Shown here: in pieces, positions 1-12,317 of the stretch
How positions within the stretch are numbered: the first letter of the stretch is position 1
Layout of the letters: the number at the start of each line of letters is the position of its first letter
From: Paragordius varius
Taxonomy: Eukaryota; Animalia; Nematomorpha
Direction of reading: 5' to 3'
DNA: 64,000 nt
Assembly (NCBI GenBank): GCA_964247055.1
Contig: OZ176053.1
Span: forward strand, 8,060,001-8,124,000
Notes under the pieces: model-generated
What the model was told of the DNA's origin: nothing
The model's input: only the letters and a program-made list of their open reading frames with translations
The model's database searches: none
Made by a program: the position numbers and the translations under genes

Positions 1-1112
1 CCGATGTTTTAGGAGATGGGGATAATAGCGTTACAAAATATGTTTATCATTGCAATGCTCAGTACCCTTCGTAATTTTTCATTTTTAAGCGCTTACCTAT
101 AACTTTATTTTTGGCTAGAATGTCGGTTTACTAAATAAATGAGCGTCAATATAAAAAAAAAACTTATCTTCATAATAATAAATGCTAAATTTTGGATCTA
201 GGCATTCAATTATTTATTCATGTATTCAGTCGTCTATAAAAAATTTAATAATGGTTTACATTTAACTGTTAAAAATTTAGGATATCAAATAATTTGGGGA
301 TATTAATCTCATTTTGTAAATTAATATATTATGAAAAATAACATTATTTGGAATTTAAGTTTTTTAATTAAATAAAATTCCTGTTGCACAAAAGAATACC
401 CTTCATATTTTCAAAAATTAATATATTTTTTCTCAATATAATAAAAGTAATTAAAAGAATATTTTATTTTGTATCATACTAAAAAGGGGGGAAACTGCAT
501 TCACCTCAATGACCATACCCTATGGATGGGCCAAAAGACCCATGATAACTCGCATTGGGAAATTAAAGGCCACCATACCCATAACATTTATTTATGGATC
601 TCGAAGTTGGGTCGATAGCAACGTCGGTTTTCAGGTTAAATACCTCCGACCTGAATCTTATGTTGGTGTCAAGGTTTAATATATCCGAATAATTCTTGAT
701 ATTTTGATCACAAATTAGAAAAATATATAAATTTTTTTCAAAATTTTCATTTAAAATGATATATTTTACGTTCCATTAAATCAACAATATATGTCTTTAT
801 GTGATGTAGATTATAACGGGTGCTGGACACCATGTTTACGCCGACCGACCGAAAGAATTTAATCACATTGTTAACAGTATTTGTCAAAGGGTAGATGAAG
901 CTTTCAATAAACCACCGCCGCCTCCGCCAAATGACAAAAATGAAGGCATAAAATCACCCAATATATCTATTCCCCCTTCAAACAACACTATAAAACCCGA
1001 ATCTCAAATGGACGAGAATGTTACAGAAGGTAAGACTATTATACCAGCGCCTGAAACAAAACCTACTGACCCCTTACCAGATGAACAGTTTTTACCACCG
1101 TTTGTTGAATGA
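1..1112 (+). CDS. ABHD4/5: Alpha/beta hydrolase of the ABHD4/ABHD5 (CGI-58) family, last three exons (~1-71, 487-673, ~811-1112); 5' end lies outside the window
   Basis: Spliced translation ...[31 protein letters not shown]...[12 protein letters not shown]...[18 protein letters not shown] matches the family C-terminus ([18 protein letters not shown]). GT-AG junctions are in phase; a Pro-rich tail ends at TGA 1110-1112. ABHD4 vs ABHD5 cannot be resolved. Confidence 0.92.
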
Positions 1113-2339
1113 AAAAATAATATATATCATTAAATTTATTATAATTTATTGTAGAGAAAATAATAATATATATGCAATATGTTAGATTACAATATATTTA
1201 TCCGTTAAATGATATGAAATAAATTGTATAATTTATTAATTTTGACTGCTTACTATACTTGTTCATGGCCATTTTCACGTATTGGCTCTGAGTCAAAAAA
1301 TAATACCAATTTACGAAATTGTTGATGTAACAAGCCTGAAACCTAAGATATATAATGATATGATAAAAAGTATTTTATTGATTTTTACCTGACTAATGTG
1401 GTACCGTAAAAAGTATATTGCCAAAAAAATTTAAGTACATCATAGGTATTTTCAATGTATTAATACCTAATTATCCTTAAACTTATTAAAATTATAAAAT
1501 TTGAAAATTTATTAATTTTATGAATTTGCAGATGAAAAATGCAAAAGTCATATAATTTTGTTTTAGGTAACAATTAAACTAGCAGAAAAAATATAAAATG
1601 GGTAATACTGGTTACTATTATGATAGCTTTTAAAAACAATGTTTACCAAATGTAAATGGCCAATATCCTAAATACTTTTTAAGATATTCGAGTGGCTTTG
1701 GGATACAATAGCCACAAAAGCTAATGAAGTGTTAAACCAAAAGTTTTAAAATATAAATATATTAGTTTTATAACATATTTTATGAACCTTCTATAACGTG
1801 ATTAAGTATAGAAGCACAGATCAAAAATCGGAAAATTGTAGTATATCCTCATATCAAATTTTCGCCATTTTTTATTTGGAGTTTAATCGCTAATATATTT
1901 TATTAATATTTAATGATTTAAAAATCCGAAGGCCTGATGGTATAGTATGTAAAGCACCAGACCTTTACACATGGGCGGAGAGTTTCAGAATTAAACCCTG
2001 AAATTCCGCAATTTTTTTTATCATTGCTAACCCTCGGCAGGCGAGTGACGTAGCTTACGAGTCATGATACAATATAATTCCCCACCCTTTAATTTTAATA
2101 TTAAAAAGGAAAAAGAGACTTTAAACTATATTTATATCCTATATTAAAATCATCTGTTTCATAAATTGGATTATGAAGATATGTAATTTTGGAATCTATA
2201 AGTTAAAAGTAAAAAATATTAATTTTTTTATAAGGAGAACAATGTTTGCCAAAAATATTTAACCAAAACAACTTTGAAAACTCTGTGAAACAAAGCCCCC
2301 CAAATTTTAATCGTCTATACACAAAATGAAATAAGGATG

Positions 2340-2505
2340 TGTTAACTAAAAATATATTAGATATTATTATATAAATTTATTATAATATAATATTTCGATT
2401 ACTACAAGTCTTTGTCAAACGTAAAAATAAAATATAAACTAAAATTTAAACTATATAAATATTATATTATAATAAATTTATATAATTTTTGCTGAATTAA
2501 TCCAT
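2340..2505. mobile_element. Short internally deleted relative of the inverted-repeat element at 16781-17334
   Basis: Shares tctttgtcaaacgtaaaaataaaat (2408-2432) with the left arm and ttgctgaatt (~2489) with the right arm of that element; lacks the rRNA-like core. Confidence 0.5.
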
Positions 2506-3246
2506 ATATAATAATACAATCACACTTCAGCGTAAACAATATCCAATATTAGATAATATTTCCCAGCGTGATTTAAAATTTAAATTTTAATAGTAATTAA
2601 ATTTATTCGACCAAATTTAAAAATATGCATTAGTTTTTTAAACGCATGTAATAATTTTTTTTAAATAATACAAGCGATTAAGGTATTATATGATTAGAAA
2701 AGCTAAATTATTTAGTATAGATAGCTTTTAGATTATTTCTTGCTATTAAATGAGGTAATATTGATATTAAAGTCACCTGTTTTTTACAATCGGGTTTAAA
2801 AATCCTTATTTTAAACATTATAAGATTTTTTATCTGATACTGGTGAACAGGGTTTGATGATTAAATGTTAACTAAAACAACTTTTTTAAAAAATTAGTAT
2901 ATTAACAATAGCTCTGGGATATAAAATTACCCCAAAATGTAATTAGCGACAAAAAAATGAAAAAGTAATGGAGTGTTAAAAAATATTTTTTTAAGTTTTT
3001 AACTGTTTAATAATCTCTTACTGAGTCTTGGAGTTTTTTGTTGACATTAAATTGCATAAATAGTAAAGTGTCAGACAAAGCGTTGGTTAGCCACAATTAT
3101 ACCACTAATTATATAAAATATGGCTAAAACACTAAACGAATAAGGAAATCAAATTAAATTTAGTATAAAGGTACTATACATGGTTAATTAAATCTTAAAT
3201 CCAGCGGATACGCTATTTTTTTTAAAAAAATAGTAATTAAATATAA

Positions 3247-3440
3247 CAGGGCCTCAAACCGAAACGTAACCATATAAAACCGGAGGCTTCTGAGTTTGGA
3301 ACCAACCCTGTTCCGGGCCTACTTCTTTAGGAATCATCCCGGTTCCTTTTCCAAAAAATCAGCACTAATGTTTAATTTTTAAAATTCTTATGAACCAGCC
3401 CGATTCCAACCGTCCAGTTCCACCTCCAAAATAAGTGTTT
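3247..3440. mobile_element. Degenerate relative of the GGAACC-rich hAT-type MITE at 9608-10516
   Basis: Starts cagggcctcaaacc (cf. cagggcttggaacc) and contains ggaacc/ggttcc motifs and aggaatcatcccggttcc similar to the complete copy. Confidence 0.5.
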
Positions 3441-3813
3441 TCCATATGCTCTTATTTTTTAAAAAATAAAATATTTTGTTTAGATTTATTATTTAAATTT
3501 AATTATATGATAACATATTTTCTGGTTCCCATCAAAATAAAATGACCATCATAATTTTATTTATTATTTAAAATCCATTTGTTTTATGAAAAGGATTATA
3601 TGATGACATTGTAATTACCATGTTGACAATTTTTAAATATTTAGTTTTAAGTCTTAAAAAGTATCACCTTAATAATTTACATATAAACTTTTTTTGTATC
3701 ATGTGCCTTAAAGGCTAAAAAACGAATTTTAAACTCCATAAAAATATTTTTAAAATATTTGAATTCTAAATGGACCTGGGTAAAAAAATACGAGAAATGT
3801 CATGAGGTGTTAA

Positions 3814-3817
<4 letters not shown>

Positions 3818-3878
<61 letters not shown>

Positions 3879-3882
3879 AATA
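3818..3882. repeat. (TA)n microsatellite; further arrays at ~5063-5102, ~6316-6350, ~32535-32568, ~50592-50617, ~52196-52220 and ~57178-57206
   Basis: Visible directly in the sequence. Confidence 0.95.
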
Positions 3883-3884
3883 TA

Positions 3885-5060
3885 CTGTGTGCAAATTTTT
3901 TTTTTAATTTTTAAATTTTTTTTTCATGACATAGCTTATGACCAGCGTAATCAGTTTCCGTAAAATTTTAATTTGTTTACGACCTAGTTTTTAAAATTTG
4001 AGAGAAAATCGAAATCGGGCAAAAAGTGAAATAATGATAAAAGTTAAGATATTATGGTTGATTATCATTTTAGGAGCTATTTATATATAAATTAAAAAGT
4101 TATAAATAGGTTTTCTATAAAATTCTCAGTCTAAAAGATGGCGTTTTTCATTTAACTTAAAAGCCATAAGGAGTTTTATGAAACTATATTAAAAGGATTT
4201 GTTTTAATTATTTACTAGCGATACTCACTTTAAATTATTAACAATCATATGTTATTCAGTAAAAAACTCTATATCAATACTAAAAAATATTGTTTTTTAT
4301 TTTTTAATTTTTTTGTCATCTGGTTTATGACGGTATTAAAATTTTACTGTTTATTTTTGAATCTTTGAGCTGGAATTATAAAGTATATATATATAGTTTA
4401 AGACAAAATAAAAACAAGTAGTGGAATATCAACCAATAATCCGCACGATTCCCAAAAAATATTAATTTGTCTTAAAACAAACCCTTTACAGGAATTTATA
4501 CATATTGTTGGTTGATATTCCACTAATTTTTCATATAATATATCCTTATAATTTCCGCTCATGTAATAATACCAAATAAAACAGTAAATTTTCTTACACT
4601 CATAAACCAGATGACAAAAAAATGAAAAAATAAAAAACAATATTTTTTTAGTTTTAATTTGATATATAAGTTTATTTACTGAATGAAATCCGAATATTAG
4701 GTTTTAATAGTGAGTTTAGCTATTAAATAAAAAAATTATTTTAATATAGTTTCATAAAAATTTTTTGTCTTTTATGTGCGTTAATAGAAAAACGCGATTT
4801 GATCTAAATTTTCATAAAAACCACCTATATGATTTTAAGCTATTTATAAATTGTTGATATCTGCAATAATGATAATAAACGATAATATCACAAGTTTAAT
4901 CATTTATTTAAAATTATCCTTAATTTTCACTTTTTGTCCAATTTCGATTTTCTCTCAATATTTCAAAAACTAAGTCGCCAACAAATAAAATTTTTACGGC
5001 AAATGAATTCCTGGTTATAAGCTATCTCATAAAATTTTTTTTCGTACATGTTATTTATAC
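3885..5060. mobile_element. Foldback-like / long-TIR non-autonomous element with ~500-bp imperfect inverted arms and a ~150-bp spacer, between (TA)n arrays
   Basis: Arm matches: gagagaaaatcgaaatcgggcaaaaagtgaaa vs tttcactttttgtccaatttcgattttctctc; ttttatgaaactatattaaaa vs ttttaatatagtttcataaaaa; gtcatctggtttatga vs tcataaaccagatgac. Confidence 0.8.
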
Positions 5061-5100
<40 letters not shown>

Positions 5101-5103
<3 letters not shown>

Positions 5104-6292
5104 TGCGTTCAAAATCAGGGGACATATAAAAATAACCTGTAGTTATATATACTTTGTTTTTTGAGATATATTATGACCAGCGAATTTTTTTGTCGTAAAA
5201 TTTTTTATTTTTTGACCACCAAGTTTTTGAAATATTAAAAGAAAATCAAAATTGGGCAGATGTGCAAAAAGATAATTAAAAAATTAAAAAAAAATTCGAG
5301 ATGGCAAGGCATATTATAATTTTATTAATATACTATTTATAAATAGCCTAAAATCAAACATAAAGCTTATTTCTTTAACATACTTAACACTTCGATTCAA
5401 ATTGGGGTATCTAAATACCCCAGACTAAATTTAAATTAATATTTTTTAAAAAACTACTGAAGGAAACGGTCTTAATATAAATTTATTCCTCTATCCTGAT
5501 AAATATTATATAAATATGCCAAAACATCGTGATAAAATTTTGTTTTGAAAAAAAAGCTCTATCTCAAACTACTTCGACGCCATTTTTATTATACAAAATT
5601 TTTGCAAAATATCGTCTTTATTTAATTTTAAGGGTAAAACTAAAGCTAAATTTTAATATAAATTACATCTAACATTCTTAGAAATAGAAAAAGCGGTTTA
5701 TTTTGTATTATTTTTTAATTTTACCATTTGACACATATCACGTTGTCCAAATTTTTACCTTTCGGTTTTAGCTTAAAATAAATAGCAAATATTTTGAATA
5801 GATTCTTTTATATATTTAGGGTTATTAATGTTATATAAGTGCAAAATTATGCCATGGCTTTGATTCCTTCCATACTTTTTATAATAATTTTAAACAGGCC
5901 TGGGATATCCAACTACCCCAATTTGAATCGAAGGACTAAAATGAGTGTGTTGTATCCAAGTGTTAATACACAAAATTCTTTTATTAAACTATATTAAAAT
6001 AATTTTTTCTTAATTACTAGCTAATTACATATTAAAATCTTGTATCTAAATAAAATTAAAAAATTGGTTTTTTTCCATTTCCGGGATTTACAAAGTACAT
6101 GTATTAATCATAGGAATATAGACATTACTATATCAAGTTTTAACATTAATTTTTTAATTATCCTTAAGTTTTACTTTTTAATTTCGATTTTTTCTTAATA
6201 TTCATATGCTAAGTCGTCAGCAAATAAAATTTTTACGGCAAATGTATTCGCAAGGTTATAAGCTATCTCATACCCTCTTTGCACACAGTGTA
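5101..6292. mobile_element. Second, diverged copy of the same TIR family, adjacent to the first and carrying a nested element
   Basis: Left arm (tatgaccagcgaa...gtaaaatttttt) and right arm (aaatttttacggcaaatg...ggttataagctatctcata) match the arms of 3885-5060. Terminal tttgcacacagtgta (6279-6292) is the reverse complement of the left terminus tatactgtgtgcaaa (~3881). Confidence 0.7.
5384..5938. mobile_element. Nested MITE, possibly piggyBac-like; second partial copy at 55611-55860
   Basis: TIRs ttaa-cacttcgattcaaattggggta / taccccaatttgaatcgaagg. The TTAA-flanked left end suggests piggyBac (inference; right end degenerate). Confidence 0.6.
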
Positions 6293-6316
6293 CACAAAAA
6301 ATATCACGAGAAATAC

Positions 6317-6350
<34 letters not shown>

Positions 6351-6577
6351 TCCGATAGAAAATTGTATCAAAAATGGGATCCAGCTTTTGGTTTTGGTCT
6401 TAACGAGTAATATAAAAGAGTTTTTTACGCTTTTGTGCTAAGTGTCCCACAGAAAAAGCATTTTACCACTATTTTAATACATTTTTTTGATGGAAGCTAA
6501 ATGCTTCATTTTAAAAAATATCACTATATGATAAACTACTTATAAGCTAAAAATATTTTTATATTTATTAAATTTTA

Positions 6578-7128
6578 AGATGTGGACTTCAAAAGTCCCA
6601 ATTTTCTTTGCTCTTCTAGATTAGTTCTTTTAAAATTTTTTGAATATATGCCAAATTTAGCATAAAAAAATATTTTTCAAAAAATGTATACTTTTTTAAA
6701 AAAGCTAATTATTTGCAAAATCCTCTTTGGGCGTACATCATCCTTTTTAGGCATATGGAAATAATAAAAACGCGTTTAACTTATTCTAAATATTATTCTG
6801 AGAATTTCTAACACCTCATTGATTATTTATTTGTTTTCAAATTTATGTCAAATATTAATTGTTATATCACCGAAATTTGAAAGAAATTATAATTAAAATT
6901 TTGAACTAGAAATGTTCAGCATCATCAAATTATATAGATGGTTTTACTTGTGTAAAAGCTGTTTTATACTGTTTCGATTATGCCTAAAAATAGTAGGAAG
7001 TGCACTTTTGCTAAGTGCATTTAAAAAAATTTTTTGATGTCACATATATTTAAGAATTTTATTGCGAAATTCCGGGAGCCCCCGTTTTAGAAAAGCCAAT
7101 AAATTTGGGATTTTCGGAGCCCACATCT
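6578..7128. mobile_element. MITE family with AGATGTGG...CCACATCT termini; second copy at 33979-34596
   Basis: TIRs include tttgctcttctag / ttagaaaagcc-aaatttggga. Internal blocks (tatgccaaatttagcataaaaaa; catcatcaaattata...atgcctaaaaa) recur at ~34070 and ~34355-34430. Confidence 0.7.
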
Positions 7129-7466
7129 AAAAAATAAAATAATATAAAAATATTATTTTGCTTTTTATAAGTAGTTTATGATAATTTTACCGATATTTTT
7201 TTGAATAAAGCACTAAGATTTCACCAAAAAAAATATATATTAAAATATGTGCCCAAATTCTGCCATTTCTGATATGAACCATTTACCACAAAAGTGTAAA
7301 TTACTTTTATATATAACTCGTAAAGACCAAAATCAAAAAGACCGTGATAATCCTGATACATTTTTCGCTCAGAATATATGCGTTTTCACATGTTATTTAT
7401 TTGTGGACACTGTGCCATAGATAAAGTTAAATTTTTTATATATGTATATGTGAATGAATTATAAAA

Positions 7467-10400
7467 ATGCATTCAAGCGAGGCTCAACTTTTACCACAAG
7501 TTTAAATAAAATATATTTTTTAGTTTCTTAGAAAAATTAAATTTTTAAGAGAAGACAGTCCAAAGTTGTATAATTTGGTTACCAAATACTTTACGTCAAT
7601 AACCTCTGAAGATATTTTAAAATATAATCTTACACAAAATTTATCTAATCTAATTAAATTAATCGATGAAAAGGATAAAAATAGTCTGTATCGTACACTT
7701 TTATTCCTTATAAACAAATTGAATAGCTCAAAAGTATTTTTTTTTATCTATAAAAGAATGTTATTGAGAAAACTATAAATTTCCAAAAGCGAACTAAACG
7801 TTTAAAATTTTTGGAGCATCGTTTTAAGGTTTATTTGTTTTTATATAAATATAGATTCTGCAGCGAGAAATAAATATAGTTCGGACTAGAGAAATGGATA
7901 TGACTGATCTTGAAAATGAAAACTCTGCTTATCTGCAAGAGGACAAACTCCAAAGAAAGGCTTTGGCAGTTTGGCGTCGAATTCGTAGGCTCCAAGGTCG
8001 TTCTTTTAGTTGTGGTAGAATTATTGGAGAAAAAATAGTTTTTAAAGGTATATTTTATTAGTTTCTAAATATGTTCTGGCATTAATAAAAAAGCATATAA
8101 CGATAATTATAATAGAGTCAGAATATCCAGAAATCAATGCAGCAATCGAACGATACATCAATTCAAGATCCGATTATTTTCCAGATTATATGGACATTTA
8201 CGAACTTGTGGTAAAAGTCAATTTAAAGAAAGACCTAAAAATTGCTGAAAGCAGCTACCCCGTTGTGGCTAAATCTATTTTTCAGTATTTTTTTAACGTT
8301 ATTAACATTTGATAAGTGATAATTTATTTTAATTAACAAACTCCTTTTTTAATTATAATCATACTTGCAAATGTTTTTTTATATGCAAATATGATATTTT
8401 CATTTAGATCATTGGGTAAAATATTGAAAGATAGGCGTTCCAGAGATTTTAATGCCGATTTTCTTGCTAACGTACCGAGTACCAGCAAAGATGCTATATT
8501 ATCAGATCTACCCGAAGGTGACAAAAATTCTTTGTTCAAATTAGAACCTGAATTGGAACGAAATTTTGTCAATGCTCAAGAAAAATTCAAATATGTAAAT
8601 TTTTACATATTTAGTAATTTATATACTGAAGGTTTAAAATTATTTGATTAAATTTTAAAAATTCTGTAATTTTTAATAGGAATATTTAACCGTATATAGA
8701 GCGTTTTGTTATAGTTTTTGCATAAAATTTTATGATTTACTCATAATAACCATTTGTTTGGACCAAAATCGTGTATTCACACTTTTCCTTTTATTAAAAT
8801 ACGGTGAAATCATTGTGAGTTATAAAATTAAAGAAATTAGTTAACATTTATTTAAATATGCCACATTTTCACCTGTTTTTTTTCAGATTTTAGATGACTT
8901 TGTAAGACGTGAAAACGATATAAAATCCGGATCTATTATAATCCAGTGTGAAGATTCCAGCGATGAATATCCCGATGCTTCCAGGTATATATTGTAATTT
9001 GTCATGTAATTTATAATTATTTTTTTTTTGAAAAAACCACCATGGTATCCCAACTACAGGTAACGTTTTAATATATAGCCATTAATTACCTTTTATGACT
9101 TAATAATATTTCTATTGACTCGATCAAAATTTAGTGGTGAACACCAAATTGACATTGTGGATATTAGTTGTGATAATTCAGATGCAAATATAACTCAAAG
9201 TATGTCCAAATCCAATTGTTTGGCCAAAACAAATCTAGCTACGACGGATTTAGTAAGTCAAAGGGATATAACAAAGATATTCCCTTATTATAACGATAAG
9301 AAAAGAGTGAACAATTCACTCAAAGGTTGTGTAACCGCGTGCAATAAACTTGCTTTGGAATTAATAAACACCTTACGTTCATCAAATTCAATGACACATT
9401 TTGTACAAACTATCAGTGACGAGAATGCGAACTCCATTCAATCTATACCACACGAAGTAGAATCGAAATTGGCCCATGATACTAACACTAATGTTTCCGG
9501 TAAAATTTTTAGTTTAATTTTTTAAAAGTTAAAAAGGGATGTGTTAGCTTTAGTATTTATTTATACATAAACTTAGCAATTATAAAGTTTTTGTGAATTA
9601 TATAAATCAGGGCTTGGAACCAGTTCAAAAAAAGTGGAACAGGAACCGCGTTGGTTCTTAAGAATTCAAAAATAGAACCGAGCGGTTACTGATATTTTTA
9701 AATCGGGGTAGTTCCTGAACAAATGGAACCGGAACCGCGCTGGTTTCTTAAAAATTTAGCGGTTCCGGAACCGGTTCCATTTTCGGTTCCCGACTTTTGA
9801 TTAAAGATTTACAAAATCATTATAATAATACAACCAAAATTAAATTAAACAATTCATTATAAATTGCCAAATGTATAGTGAAAGAAATATATAGTGTTTA
9901 ATAAATAAAACAAATTTTAAAAATATATTAGGAAAATGTATAAGTACAAAGGTATAAAATTAGAGTTAAATAAAGTATGGCATCTAAAAAAAATTTATTT
10001 AACTTTAAAAAATTATTGCACCAAGCAATTCGCTGGTCAAACTGCTTCTCAGGTCCGAAAATAAAATTAAGGTGAAAAACTCTTTTCTACGGAGACCCAT
10101 ATATACGAACATATGTATTATAAATAAACTTGAGTTATGACTATAAGTTTTTTTAAAACAGAAAAATCGCCCAAAATTCATAGAGTATGGCTAATATTAT
10201 ATTAGGCGCTTAGTTTTAGGTTTAAAGTTTGAAGTATGTAATATGTGGTGGTGCAATTAAATTTAAAATAAAAGAAAATTTTTATAATAAAAATCATATG
10301 GGAACCAGTAATTAAATGGGTGGAATCGGAACCGGGTTGGTTCTTAAAAATTCATAAATAGAACCGGGGTGATTCCTGAAATTTTGGAATCGGTACCGGG

Positions 10401-12163
10401 GTAGTTCCCGGAGAAGTGGAACCGGAACCGCGTTGGTTCCATCCCAGTGGAATCGGTTCTTGTTAAAATCCTGGGAACCGGGTTCCGGTTCCATGTGGTT
10501 CCGGTTCCAAGCCCGGATATAAATGTATCTTCTTTGTTTTGTTTTAAATGTCGAGCTTTTGTGTTTTTATGTCCTATCTAATTGTTATTCCGGGTGTACG
10601 TCGCGTTCTTTGCGTTTGCAGAAGTTAAGATATTTTCAATTGTTTGGAGTGGGTCGGGTTGTTTTCGCTCTGTGTGTCCCAATTATTGAGTCTCTTCTTT
10701 TGTATAAAGTTTTTGACCGTTTAATTTTTGTGACTTGTAACATTGAGATAAGTATTTATTTATCATTGTGGCAAGCTTTGTTTTGTTTAAGAGCCACGTT
10801 TCGATGTCTTAAGTGGAAACTGGCCCACCTGCCATCTATATAAGCTATTTATTGTAAGATACATTATTATTCACGCTTGTTCAATACGATTCAATATCTT
10901 TGATATGACCATTTGAATCTAGATATGCCACTTTTCTACTATATTCTTCGATCGTCACATTTTTTGAGCGTTCCTGATCATTATTTTTACATCTCTTAGA
11001 TTAAAGTCTAGTTGTTCGATTAGTTTAATAATATTTTTGGAGCATTGTTTGTGGACACTAAAATTGTATTTACTTCATTTTTTTAAATTTGTCTTTATTT
11101 TTGGGTGTTTAGATATCATTATAGCTCTTTGGACAGTTTTTTTTCAATCAAGGGTCTGTCTTTAGTCCATTAGTATTCATGTAATATTAAACTGTCTTAG
11201 ATAAAATGCATTTCTTTTACCTACCCTAAAAATCATTTTTTGCATATAACATGTTTTTAAATTCAAACCTCGCTAGAAAATATGACAAATTATTTAGAAC
11301 TTCTTTACCTTAAGAACTATCGATATAAAAAATAATTGAGCCTTAAATATATAACAGTATTTTTATTTCTCAACCTCTCTAAAATTTGTTTTGTTTTATA
11401 GAAAAAGAAAAGAATGATGAGCCCAAACAACCCATAATTGAATGCGTTTATGATGAATCTAGGGAAGCAGTTTTACGCAAGCTTAACCCATCAGAATATT
11501 CTCAAAAATCTGCCCAAAATATCCATAAAAGATTTAAATCATCGGAACACGAATTAATAAATTTGTTTGATAATAACGAAGAATCTGAAACATCCGAAGC
11601 AAATATTCAACAACCCTTGGTTGAAAGTAATATTATACCCAATACTGAATGTCTTGAAACCTCTAACAACTCCGAATCTAACACCCTAGCACAAATCGAC
11701 TCACAACAACCTTTTAAAGATCCCATAGATATCACCACTGAAAATGGTCAAATGCCCCCAACAGAAAGAATGTTACCAAATGGGCGTGATTGCCTCGTTT
11801 CGGATGAAGGTTTTAATTTTATTACTATTATATGAATACATTCTTTTTATTATGATATAACTGGTTAATTTACATGGCTCTGTTTTTACATCAATATGGC
11901 CTTTTATTTACGTATAAAATTTTATGATTGGATATTTTGATAATTGATTTAATCGCTTTTATTATTAACTTACACAATTATATTTATACTGAAAATCTTG
12001 CTTTTTATCAAGCATTTATTAAAATTTGGTTATTATTTTTTGTTCTTAGATATATTTAATAATTAATATAGAATTGTCCGAATCCTTATCGGAATCTTCC
12101 AATGAGGAAAGTGAGAGCGAAAGTGATGATAGCACCCCAGAAGTCATAACATTGAGTGATTAA
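7467..12163 (+). CDS. DAXX: Death domain-associated protein 6 (histone H3.3 chaperone), about 9 exons
   Basis: Helical bundle (FLRKIKFLREDSPKL...SLYRTLLFLINKL), histone-binding domain (ENSAYLQEDKLQRK...GRIIGEKIVFK.SEYPEIN...YFPDYMDI...LGKILKDRRSRDF), acidic tail and C-terminal SIM-like PEVITLSD*. All introns traced as GT-AG in phase (24, 23, 26 nt and longer). Confidence 0.92.
9608..10516. mobile_element. Non-autonomous hAT-type DNA transposon (909 bp) in a DAXX intron, with GGAACC/GGTTCC subterminal repeats
   Basis: 14-bp TIRs CAGGGCTTGGAACC / GGTTCCAAGCCCGG (1 mismatch) and a perfect 8-bp TSD ATATAAAT at 9600-9607 and 10517-10524. An 8-bp TSD is the hAT hallmark. Confidence 0.9.
10525..11130 (-). 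mobile_element. Decayed Penelope-like element 3' end (C-terminal half of GIY-YIG plus pseudo-LTR) in a DAXX intron
   Basis: Minus-strand translation with stops SVHKQC...LDFNLRDVKIM...KNIVEKWHI...ILNR resembles the PLE endonuclease tail (H..F.F.NVKIL...R..LE..HI...LNR). It is followed by agatg...catcgaaacgt at ~10797-10845. Similarity judged by eye. Confidence 0.5.
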
Positions 12164-12317
12164 AATTTATTATTATGCATCAAATTTACTATGTTGTACA
12201 TAAATATATATTATGTAATAAATATTGGAGGTTATGTTATATGCATTATTTACAAATATATTTTATGACATGGTTAATAATTGGTTTGCCTTTGTAAGTT
12301 GTTATATTGACTATTTT

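Noticed and set aside
4398-4640. 80-aa ORF as a transposase or small gene
   Set aside because: Lies in the foldback loop and arm, low-complexity AT-driven composition, no motif.
9031-9078. DAXX micro-exon with a 19-nt intron (9060-9078)
   Set aside because: No AG acceptor upstream in the right phase; a canonical intron from the ~8983 donor to AG 9134 keeps the frame.
9608-10516. GGAACC/GGTTCC repeats as a CRISPR array; ORF 10312-10494
   Set aside because: No constant repeat-spacer period; TIRs and the 8-bp TSD explain it as a hAT MITE, and the ORF is a by-product.
10523-10843. 106-aa plus-strand ORF
   Set aside because: No recognisable family; antisense to the Penelope-like relic in a DAXX intron.
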